Below, piece after piece: positions 27,472-38,886 of a stretch of 64,000 bases of DNA. The notes beneath the pieces are model-generated. The model did no database searches, was not told the DNA's origin, and saw only the letters and a program-made list of their open reading frames with translations. A program made the position numbers and the translations under genes. The first letter of the stretch is position 1; each line of letters begins with the position of its first letter. Source of the DNA: Cercozoa sp. M6MM. Lineage: Eukaryota > Protista > Endomyxa: Ascetosporea. Location: the NCBI GenBank assembly GCA_040357565.1, contig JBDODJ010000056.1. One strand, written 5' to 3'.

Positions 27472-27863
27472 GTGATGGCAAATTATGCTGCGCGGCCGGT
27501 CTTGCGATTGATTACAGTCGGCGCGAACTTCGTCACCGCACAGTTCACTGCCAGCGCGCACGCAGGATTTCGTTCCGAGTCGCGTTGCGGGTTCGGTTCA
27601 GCTTCGTTTTAGTTAGTTATTTCAGTCTTCTAAGAACACTGAAGCTTGGCGACACGCGACGAAGCCGTCAAACGTGCGTCATTGGGGTGCGACGCGAGGT
27701 CGTTCACAACACGTCCACGCAGACTCCCTTAGAGCAGCTAAGACAAAAGAAAACCCGTTGAGCTTCGTTTTGTACTCACGTCGCACTAACAAGCCACCCA
27801 GTAGCGTCGATTTCGTTTGTTTAATTTAGTCGTCGCATATACCTGCATCGATGGACGACACTC

Positions 27864-27866
<3 letters not shown>

Positions 27867-27936
<70 letters not shown>
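27867..27936. repeat. (CT)n(AT)n microsatellite between convergent genes
   Basis: Direct. Confidence 0.95.
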
Positions 27937-28132
27937 GTAGTAGTACGGTACGCGAGTTGCTTACTCTACCGAACGGAACGAACTTACGTTTGGTTTAAAA
28001 TAATTTAAACCTAACTATAAGTTACCGTACGCGTACCGTCGGCCGTATACCGTATGTGATTTCATGTATAATAGGCACGGCACCGTTTGAAGGGTTGTCG
28101 CGCGTCGATCCGCGTCTACAGGGCGTGACTAC

Positions 28133-28211
28133 TCACTCACTGTCAAGCGACGTGTCCGAGTCGTAAAAGGCGGTCATGTTGTTGACTTGTTGAAGTGCTA
28201 GTGCCAGTGCC

Positions 28212-28260
<49 letters not shown>

Positions 28261-28270
28261 NNNNNNNNNN

Positions 28271-28335
<65 letters not shown>

Positions 28336-30215
28336 CACAATAAATGCACACACGAAAGTGCGTGCGAGAAAGCAAGTACGTGAGTTCCGCGATGTCCGCG
28401 CGATTGCGCTTGTGCCTGCACAGAGTACAGGCACATGCCACACACAGCGCATATCCAACAAGAAGAAAACGGTACGGCAACATAAAGCTGTTCGGCGAGT
28501 GCAGTGCCCGGCAGCGACAGCTTCATCTCCCGTGCCTCGCTCAAGACCACGCCGAGGTCCTTTGTAAGGTCATACTTACTCCGGTTGTTAATCTTTGTAC
28601 CTTGACAAAATGATCAATAGAGAACCCGGGATTGAAGTCACCCTTGAGAATGCGCGGTCCTGGACACACATACAGCATCGCTGTGACTACAACGTTGTGA
28701 TTACTGTACACAAGGCATAAAACACCAAGTACCGTAGTTGCTCAGGGACCAGCTGCCAGCAGCGCCACCTTCTGCACGAAGATATCAAGAGCATTCAAAA
28801 CCCCAATCGACACTACCAATGGCGCGGAGAGCTTGTTCGACATCGAGTCCCGCCTTGTGCGCTGTGTGCGTGTGTGTACTCCCCGATAAGTGCAAAGACG
28901 CAGCCCCAACACAGACAGGCGTGCGTGTACCGTAGAGCAGGGCCTCACACATGCCAATCATGCCAGTGGCGATGGCGATCTGGTTGACCGATTTGGCGTG
29001 CTGACCGGCACCCGCTGTTACAGGAGCAGACAACAATGACCTGGCAGTCAACCAAGTCAAGGGGAGGTACCTTCGCCCATGTGGTTCGTGGTTTTCGCCA
29101 TACAGTCAAACAGTGGTTGCAACGACAACTACACAATCATTGTGCAAGGTGCTAGTGTACAAACAAGTTATGTATCTCTACCACGGTGTCCTTGTCACCC
29201 CCCGCGAACATTACCAGTCTGCAAGAAACGGTAAATGCAGTGGGGGGGGGGGGGTAAATGGTTAGCACTGTCCGTTGCGCGCACCAACGTCGCCGCCACT
29301 GCACGGCGCGTCCACCACTCGCACATTCTGGGAGAGGGTCAGAAACAGGGTGAACGGGGAAGGGAAGATAATAACAAATGAGAGTAGAAAAAAGACACGT
29401 GCTTAAGTCCAACAGCGGCCATTTCTTTCGCGAGCGACGGCTCGCTCGTTGTCATATCTGCGACCGGTTTTGGTCAAGACTACAGTACAACTCTCGTCTA
29501 TTTGATTCTGCACTACAGTACCGACAAAAACGCCGCCCTTGTTTTTGAATCCTTCAAGCACTCCGTTCTCTTCCCTGCATAAGGTAAAGATACCGTGCAT
29601 CAAATACAAGTATCCACGAAGAGACAGCGCACATGAAGACACGCCGCACGTCTGACGGATACCCAACAATGCTAAACACAACGTCGCTGTGCACAAGACA
29701 CACCGTATGATGAGGACCAGCCAGTATGGAGAGTCGGGGGCCTGAGACCGCACCTGTTCTCTGCAACCTCTCGTGGCGAGTGGCAAAGACGCGCGCCGCG
29801 GTCCTCCAGTGGAGCACACTTGCTCAGTGTGCGACTGCCAACAGACGCGACACTCAACGGGAATCATTTCTCTCAAAATGAGTTTTTGGGGTTTAGTGTC
29901 AACAGGAAAATGATGTACCTGTAAACTGAGACTGAGTAACCACTTTCAATCAGATGTTGGCACATCCACCTGCCAGCAATTCATCAGTCTCAGTTTACAG
30001 TTTGACACAATTGATATGACAGTTTGACATAATGTTTTGCGTTAAATGGAGGAACTTACCGTCCCATAACACCAGTGCCTATCCAACCGAGCTTCTGCGA
30101 AAGAAAGTGTGACAACCGAATGAAAATGTCTGATATGATTTTATCATACCGTTGAATGGTCTACTTGCAAAAAGCGTGCTCCTTCGCGCACAAAACCTCC
30201 AACGCGAGTGCCCAT
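28133..30215 (-). CDS. 3-hydroxyisobutyrate dehydrogenase / NAD(P)-dependent beta-hydroxyacid dehydrogenase family
   Basis: [22 protein letters not shown]|[70 protein letters not shown]|DLG. Confidence 0.92.
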
Positions 30216-30534
30216 TGCTAAACAATGGTTGCGTATATCTTTCTCTGTAACGATACAGTAGCTCGATATTGTGAAGTTTTAGCTTTTGCGTCCGTCGTTT
30301 TTGCCTGACTCGGACAGAAGGGACCGTGAATGACTAAAACGAAAAATAAAAAAAGCTGTGCTACAGGGTCTTTGCGGTCGTGCTACTATCACGAGTGCTT
30401 CAACTACCGCTCAGGAGACTGCTCCGTAGTACGGATACTCTCCCACCTCATTTCGTTTTTGTGTCATTTCTGTTTCACAAATAATTCTGTTTAAAATTGT
30501 CACTGACGCTTGACCTGTTCACTGTTGCTAACGC

Positions 30535-32353
30535 ATGTTTTCTTTGCGCGCTGTTAGCCTCATTTTTGTGTGTTTGGGTGAAATTTGGGTCGAAACAAGC
30601 TTGTTTGAGTTTCAGGTTTGTGACCTGTGGAGATTCAGCGGATAAGGTTTTCACTTTTGCTTGATTGTAGATTAAAAAGGATACCCGAACACGAAAACAT
30701 GACGTGTGAGTCAGCCACCATATATTCCATCACTTTTTGTTCGCCTTCTTGTAAGACACAATATTGTGTGCTTTCCTTGACGGCAGCAAACTTGCGCGAA
30801 TTGACGTCGCTGCGTGAGATACGACAGCTTCGCGAGTCGCTGAAACGCCGTCGTCTTTTGATCGATAATGTGATTCGACAACTGGAGGTGCTCTCTTTTT
30901 TGTTTGTGTTTGTGTTTTCTGTTTTTTATGTTTTGCTCATCTCGTCTGTCTGAATCCCTCAACTCAGCTGATGGAAGAGCAGCGGATACTGCTGGGCGAT
31001 CCCGAAGTCGCTCGTTTGGCTCGTGGTGAGGGTGGTACTTTCGAGTGTTCGACTCCCTCGACGTGACGCTTTGCATTTGTGAGAATGGATGAGCAGGCAT
31101 GCCGCCGTTGCCGTTGCTGGCAATGCGCGGCGTTGTTGACGAGCTTGAGCGACCGATTCATCCGGTGAGCAAGAGTGACGACTCGGCTGGTACGATTTTT
31201 TGTTGTTGTGTATTAAACTACCATACCAAATATTCTGGGGTTGCTCGTACAAAAACAGTGCCTGCAAAACGCCGTCGTACAGGATCGTGGCGGAGTTCTT
31301 CCACACAGGTGTGCTTTTTTGTTTAGATTCAAGGAGCGAAGGAAACCGCATAACACTCCTTAATTTGTCTGGCACAGGACGCAGTGGCCGCGCTAGATCA
31401 CGCGCTGGCCAAGGATCGCAACGAAGCGTACGCCGCCAATCCCGTACCCTCCTTTTCGATCTATGTGTATCGTTTTTGGATTCTTAGTTGAGATATCAAG
31501 CAGACCTTTGACGTGTTGACACACCAGGACGTTGACGACGACCTGCTGTCGGAGGACGTCGACGACTTCACCAGCACGCCTGCCATCACGCAGGAGTCGG
31601 TCCTGCAGGCTCTCAAGGCCGCCGATGCCACCACCGCTGACACTGTATCGGGCCCGTCCCTAGCTGTGAGTGCACACCATAACTCTACACTATTTGTGTG
31701 TGTCTGTGTGATGGTAGGCACTAAACCCGCGAGAAGTCGGTGCCTACGTACTCAACCGCAGCACCCATGCTGACGACCCTGCTGTTGTAGCTTGTCATGT
31801 GTGTGTGTGTGTATGTGTGTGTATGTGTGTGTGTGTGTGTGTGTTTGTGTGTTTGTGTTTGTGTGTTTGTGTGTGTGATGTTCCCTATGTACATTGAGTG
31901 TGGATGATAGGTGCGTCAGCGCATTGCGCACATCCAGGTGACCTCAGCGCAGGTCGCTGTCGTGCGCAACACGCTGAACGAACTCGCGATGCGCCAGGGC
32001 ATCTACAAGATCGTCAAGTGCCGGCAACACCCCAGTTCCAATAACTGCTGTACCCTTCCTGTGACGTATCGTCATACAAATCCTTTGTTGCAATAGTGCT
32101 TGGTATGTGTCTACTACGGCAGGTCACAAAGGAACACGCACCTTCTACCGGCTTCTCACTGAGCAAGAGCAACAAGTGTTGGCGTCACTGCCGCGTACCG
32201 TCACTGGTCGCTCTGCTGGTACCTCATTCGCCAGAACCACTATTCTTGTTAGTTGTACACGGTGTGTCACTTTTGGTAGCCGCGGCGACGATGACGTCAC
32301 TCGCACTGTCACGTGCGCTCAAAGACGACACCTCTGAGGACAGGTATAGGTGA
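30535..32353 (+). CDS. Hypothetical multi-exon protein
   Basis: In-frame exon chain (LREIRQLRESLKRRRLLIDNVIRQLE; PAKRRR NLS-like; VRNTLNELAMRQGIYKIV; TRTFYRLL), sense (TG)n intron; start uncertain. Confidence 0.55.
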
Positions 32354-32464
32354 AAGACGGCCGTGTGCTTGTTATGAATTGGTGTGAGTTGTGTGCAGTA
32401 AGCTGTCTGCGGACAGCACGAGCACGGCCTCGCCTGTGTCGCAATGAAACGCAAGCCTCCGCTC

Positions 32465-32795
32465 AGTCTATTTAAACTCGCGCGCCGACGGCACTCGCAC
32501 AGCACGTCCGAATAGATTTACATCGGGTGACCCACCCACATACCCAACAAACATCAATTCGATCGGATCGGGTTGCCTCACCTTCTCAAACACGCGTACG
32601 GTACTTGAGAGGCAACGCAACTCAGGCTGGTCTGCACCAACATGAAGTCGACTTCGGTGTCTGGGGAACGTCAAAAGGGAAGTTGTATGGTCCTACCCTA
32701 AGCGGGCAGTAGACACGGCCATGCTCTTGTGACCCACCCCAGACGGTGCAGGGGAACTACATAGTTGGTTTCCTAGAAGACTCAACTAAGTAACT
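32465..32795 (+). mobile_element. Short non-coding element with LINE-derived 3' domain (SINE-like or deletion derivative)
   Basis: 32632-32795 matches LINE 3' ends (12068-12230, 51016-51179) including the AACT tail; upstream ~165 bp is unrelated to the LINE copies here; 5' boundary inferred. Confidence 0.7.
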
Positions 32796-32967
32796 ACTCA
32801 GGCAGGTCGAGTCAAGTTTATTCAAAGTGAGGCAATCAGCCGAAGACAAACAAAAGAAAACCCTCTTGCCTGCTAGAGCAATCGCATCGACGGAGTCGAG
32901 TGTGAATGGCCTGGAGAGCAAAATTGATTAAAAGCGCCGGGTGCCCGCAGTATACTGTAGCTTCATC

Positions 32968-34170
32968 TGAATTCAGTTCGGTCCGCGTTGTTGATTCTTT
33001 ACCGTGCACCGTTGCACACTTTGCAAATCTAATGTGACGTGGCAAATGCCGGGGTTAGATGTGTCCGGAGACACCACCGAGTCATGTGCACACGTGCAAA
33101 CCTCCTGGCTATTGTCGTTCTACTGAGTGGCTAAGGCTTGGATTCAATACAACTGCAGTGTGTTGGAATGAATAGGATGGTGGTGTCCGAAGACACCGGG
33201 TCATGTGCACCGACCCTCGGGGTGCAGTCAGTGCACCGCTTGCACTTGCTCCACCTGCACACAGCATGCATGATAAGAGGAAGAAGTTTCCTCGGGAAAG
33301 GGGCTCACAACCTACCTTGTTGGGAACGTTCGAACGGCAGAGACAAGCTTGACTTGAGGAGCGTCGACGTTGTTGTGCCGATGTGTCGGTCGGTCGCCGG
33401 ACGTCGTGCCAAACGAGACCTCCTGCATTATGCGTCAATGAATCACATCCCTAACCCAGTGAGACGAACCATTACTTACCGATGTTGTCGACGCGAGACA
33501 TACTGACCCTACATGCAGTCTTGGTAGGGCACCGTCCGTTCGCTTGTTTCGTTGATTTCGTTTCACTTCACTTCGCATCGCTGTACTTTCGTTGATTCGT
33601 TGGCGTGGGTTTCGTCGCTGCGATTGTTCTAGAACACCACCCTGCTCACAAGGCAAACCACGCGACCGTAGTCAGAGGGTGATTGTAATACACACACACG
33701 CCCCCATCACAATTGCAAATGAAAGCTAGCATCTTTCTTACCATGTCCCGTCTGGCGTCCAAGTGATTCTTCCGACAGGAACTTACGAGGAAGGATCACT
33801 TCCAGTTCCGTCAACGTTGCCGAAGTGTGCCGGCCGCAGGGAACCCCGCCCGGGTTCCCGACCCAGGCACCCGTCTTCTGATCCAACCCGTACCTTTTGT
33901 GACACATCGAATGCCGAGCCCGCCACCATTTTTGCCTTTTTCTCTCCTGCTGCCTTAGACTTACTTTAAGTACTCTCATCGCGTGCGGGCATGCACTGCA
34001 TGCTTGCTCAGATGCAGTGCCGCTTCTAAGTCAATCCATACACTTTACATTTCTTCTTGTTTTCCCCGCTTGGCGGCTTTTGCGGCGGTTTCGCGTGCCC
34101 TTCCCCCACGCCCAGCTGAGTTCGTAGCTGTGTAGAATTGAACGTGCACATTAGTGGATACTGGCGCATG
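32968..34170 (-). CDS. Possible small multi-exon hypothetical gene with Cys-rich C-terminus
   Basis: GTAAGT donors near 33960 and 33785; exon-like WSKCKRCTDCTPR; frame continuity not secure. Confidence 0.25.
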
Positions 34171-34332
34171 ACTAATTCCCCCTTGTAAGACTACCGGCAG
34201 ACAGTAAGCCTGAGCCCTTTCAGTTGAAACAACTACCGCTCAGGAGACTTCGCCAATTTTCGTTGCTCTACACAGTATGTAAACGTGTCGTGCAATCCCT
34301 ACATGCAAGTGGATATTGGCATATCGCTGCTC

Positions 34333-35080
34333 TCAGATTGACTCGGAGGTGGATCCCGGAGTCGAAGGAGGACCAAGACGGTGCTCGCGCATGAAGCGCG
34401 CATACTCGCTGTAAGAAATCCGACCATCTCCGTTGATATCAACAGCACTCATAAGGCTCGCAAACACGGACTCTAAGTCATGTGCTTGTTGCCCAACAAG
34501 CCCCGGCCGGAGCAATAGTTCGCCTGCATGTACATTTTAAGTTTAACTTTACCCCAACTGCTAAGTTTACAGAAGCCAGCATATTTCGTACTTCATTTGG
34601 CTCAAGGTATCCGGAGTCATTCGTGTCATACAGTTGGAAACTCAACTGCAGCAGTGCTTCGTCTTCTGCATTCAACAGCACTGACAAGCCAGTCGCGAAC
34701 TACAGCACCCTGCTTTAAAACACGCCGACGGCTTATTTGGCAGCGCCACATCCGTAGATTACCTCACGAAAGTTGACACTGCCTCCATGACAAGTGTCAA
34801 AGACGCGAAACAGCTTATGAAGGAGTTGTTTTGAAGATACGATGTCCTCTTTGTTGAATGGCTGGGGCAAAAAGAGAATTGCGCACTTTGTTCTCCGTAC
34901 AACTGAAAGAGAGTCCGTTCTACCAAACGTGCTTAAGCGACTGCAATGCCAGACGCACATATCCTTGCCGACGTGAAGATTGCTTGTGGCCCACTATGAA
35001 TGATATCGTATTTTCTCAACTTTATTGACTGGGCCAGGCGAGGGCTGGTGGAAAACATGTATGGTGGGTGGGGGGGGGGG
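34333..35080 (-). CDS. EF-hand calcium sensor (calcineurin-B/NCS-like)
   Basis: LFRVFDTCHGGSVNFRE, GLSVLL, LSFQLYDTNDSGYLEPNEV, VDINGDGRISYSEY; start unresolved. Confidence 0.85.
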
Positions 35081-35245
35081 ATACAGCAGACACACTCGTG
35101 TCAGCATAGATTAGACCAATCTAAGAAGATTCAACGGATACAGCAGAGTCTGTGACTTGTCGACAATTGACTGTCGTGTCCGCGCTGACAGCGTATCAGT
35201 GTCGTGTCAAAAGCATACGTTAGTAAAAACCGAACGGCAACGTAA

Positions 35246-36750
35246 CTAACATTCGCTGTCGAGAAACGCTTGCAGTCGCCTGCGAGTTGTTTCTGTGACG
35301 AGATACTCGATGTTAGCGCTTGAGACAGAAACGATGACGCCACTCGACGTTGACTCGGAGCCAGAGCACGAATTACACAGCGCAGTGTTCGCATGGTGTA
35401 GGATGCTGTTCAAATTTTCAATGCGCATCTTCTTGACGGCCTCGCGACCGCCCGCGATCTTCCACAGTTCAGCAACCTGCGATTCAGCGAGTTCGACTGA
35501 TTCTCCTTCACGAAGCTGGTCACCCTCGGTGTTTTTCAACGACCCGAGTCGCACAGAAGCAAAACGAGTGCGGTGGAGTTCATAAACCGGCAAACCCACA
35601 GCAGCGAGTGAGCGACGGACGACTCGGTACCCTGAGCAAGTCGAAACACTGAAGGCACACAAGAAGGTTAGGCAAAAAAGAAAGCTGACTGCCAACACGT
35701 AGCGACACACGAACGGTGACCTCAGTGCGACGCTTTTCGCGCAGTTGCTGCAGAACTTTCTCGTCGCTTTCGGTTCGCTCTGCTTCCCAGTCGATGTCGT
35801 CCTACGCAAACCAAACTGGTTCAGAGACTCAACTAAACAAGAAAAGCAGCAAACCGAAATGCGGCGCCTTTTTTCGCCAGTCGGCACAACGTAGACATCG
35901 CCCAATTCTATTTTCTCGGCTGCTTGTCGCGACAGCTTTTTCTGTCGCACCATGCGATTGATAATGATGCGACGGAGTGCGTACTCAGGACAAAACTCGC
36001 GTCTGTGGACAAGTGCGGCTGCGTCGAATTTGACAGCACCGTCAGCAAGTTCGATTCCTTCGACCAAGCGCGCGCACTTTGCTTCAACGTCAGTCAACTC
36101 CTGTAAAAAAAAAAAACTCAGCCCCGAAAGAAAAACAAAAAGTTCAGTGAAATACACTTGCAGAGGCTCGACAGGTTGCTACATCTGCACAGAAAACGTA
36201 TTAACAAACAGAAGTGCGAGACAGAGAGGCGAGGACTTACAGGTTTTTGGCACGTTGCCGGGCCGAAGAAGCAATTTGTCCAACTCTCCGTCATTCAAAA
36301 AAAGCAGTAGGCCAGTTGTGTTCTTGTCGAGTCGACCGCAGTGCTTCAGATTGTCGCGACTTTGCAACTGAAAGCACGCGTTAAGCGCACTTTGTTTGGT
36401 TTCGACGCCACGTGACTTCCATCCTGCGACGACGCGAGTAGCCCGCTTCGACGCTTTGCAGACTTTGTCCACGTTTTCACAGCGCTCGACCAAGATTTCG
36501 CCCGGGAAACTGTGAAAGAAACATAAGTATTGGAGGCGGCTTTCAGACAGCAGAGGAGAGTCAGGAATCACATCCAATCGTCAAATCGAACACGCTTGCG
36601 CAGCGGAAGCTCTTTATCTACTTCGTTGCGGACAACAAAAAACGCGCGTTCGTCCAGCACCCTCCTAGCATGCGTTTGACCACAATGAAGCACGAAACTG
36701 GCCAGGAGCTCACCAACGCGAATCGGCAAATCTTCGACACCAACAAGCAT
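35246..36750 (-). CDS. RsuA/RluB-family pseudouridine synthase
   Basis: HCGRLDKNTTGLLLFLNDG (catalytic Asp), LVEGIELADG, RVVRRSLAAVGLPVYELHRTRF; may extend at both ends. Confidence 0.85.
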
Positions 36751-37202
36751 TTTAGATATCCTGTAGACGTAAATACGCACTAAGTTGTGTAAGCACGCAC
36801 ACACACACGTCGCGGCGTTATATAGGCATTTTAAAGCATCATTGAGTGCTGAGGCAGTTGTCCTTCACTGAGCGCAACAGGTTTGCTTTTTTCACCGTAA
36901 ATTATATCTTTTAAATGTGATCGATCAAGTCCGAGAATGCCCTAAAATGATTCCAAAACCCTCAGTGTGCACACACAAGTTTCGCGCCAGTGAAATGCGT
37001 TCTCCGAGCTGCGACCATTGCTCTGAGCACTGTTACCGACCGTCAAAGTCCCCAAGCAATAAACTAAGTTTATCCATTGTACCGTGTGAGTCAAAGTCAA
37101 AATCGACGACGAAAACTGAACCGGAGAAGCGACTGGTGTGCTGTGCAGACCGCACATAATCTCCCACTGACTACCCCCCCCCCATACTCCAGAGTGAGGA
37201 AC

Positions 37203-38680
37203 CTACATCGAAGTGACAGAAGATCGACGCGAGTCAGGCAAATCTGCTGGAGGAGGCACAGGTGCTGTGACGTCAATACTGAGACCACATTTGCGCGATA
37301 GGCGACTCATGCGTGACTTCAGACGGGGTGTATGTGCACCGGTGTCTCCACAGACTCTTGCACTGTCACCACTGTCACTCGAGTCGTCTTCCGCAAAAGA
37401 GTGAAATCTAATACTGCAGGCAGATAAAAGATGAATGATACGACGTGTTTGGTGTGCCGTCTTGAGCACAGTTGCCGACCAGTCGTGGCGATCGTACCTC
37501 CATCTTGCCAGTTGCAGCAGCATGCTCTCGTGAATCACGACGTTGCGCAGTGGCAACACTTTCTCAAACGACACGTCACTTCGCTGTTCAACCAGACTGG
37601 ACCGATAAAGCAAATTTCCGCGCTTTTTGTCGTCTATGTGTACATCACTCAGTACAAATAGACCACGCCACAGTGAGACGACAGGTGGCTTACATAATAT
37701 GACTTCTCCTGTCCGAAACTCCCGCGACATTCGCATTGGCGATATCACAACAACAACTATGTGTGGGACAGAGTATGAACAAAGACTATATCAATAGAGC
37801 ACAAAGTGTACTGTACCGTAGGGTGTACTGTCTTCTTCAGGTCGTTCACCGTACACTGTGCGGTTAAGTACGGGAACTCGAAGGTCCAAAAGAGCAGCAC
37901 ATGGTACTTTGACGTCTTTAGATGCAGCGGTCGGCATCGAACACTGCTGCAACGCTACATCGAAGAGAGTGCAACGGCTAAAACAAAACTAGACAGAAAG
38001 CACATGAGACTCACCAGACACTGTTGTGGTGATCGTGACACGTTCCAGCCCAATGGTACTGTTCGAACTTGTGACTGCTTTTTGAAACTGCATTATCGCA
38101 TCTGCGGCACTCATTGCGTTCGAGAGGACCAACGAGTGGGCGCGAATGTGCGCACGCTCGAGTTCGCTGCGTGTGTCCGGAGGATGCCAAGTCTTCTCTA
38201 GTCGCGCGGTGATGTCGTAGTCGAAACTTGCAGTGGCAGCAGCATCCTGCTGCCTGGGATGCTGGCCGCTGTGGATACTCTTGCTTCGATATCGTGGCTC
38301 GACCTCACAATTAGGCTCGGGGTCGCACGTCGGACTAAATTGCCATGCGGATTAGTGTTCAGTCGTTGTACGTGTGGAGGTAAGGATTGTTTTACTCAGT
38401 GCCCATTCGAGAAACCCACCGTCGCGAGTACTCAGGTGGACCGAGCAGGAGACGCGCCGAGTCAACCTCGCTTCTGGCAGATTGCACCTCAGGTGGTAGC
38501 AGTGACAGGGGCCACGCAACACACAGTGCCCCCACTGAACTTGCAGGTGATTCCTGTGAACACACACACACGACACACACACATACACACACACAAGTAA
38601 TCTCCGGTGTGAGTGCATACATTAGTAGCTACAACGTTACCACTCCTGCCGATAGCCAGAACATCGACGGTGTGTGCAAG
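37203..38680 (-). CDS. Hypothetical multi-exon protein (possibly continuous with the pseudouridine synthase)
   Basis: Exon-like frames 37203-37748, ~38030-38335, 38395-38555; sense (TG) tract ending ttcacag. Confidence 0.35.
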
Positions 38681-38718
38681 TGTTGCGAAGCCACCGCATT
38701 TCGTCGTTTTTGCATCGA

Positions 38719-38796
38719 CATGTCGCGCAGGAAGCGTGATCCACAAGAAGAGTTTCTACTTTGCCATTGCATCGGTGTATGTGTGTGTATGTGTGT

Positions 38797-38886
<90 letters not shown>

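Noticed and set aside
27127-27561. 144-aa minus-strand ORF
   Set aside because: Antisense shadow of the spliced SAP30BP-like gene
29919-30000. MITE with 17-bp terminal inverted repeats
   Set aside because: One arm and most of the spacer are conserved coding exon; no TSD
32465-32795. SRP RNA or tRNA-derived gene
   Set aside because: No SRP helix-8 motif, cloverleaf or A/B boxes recognised
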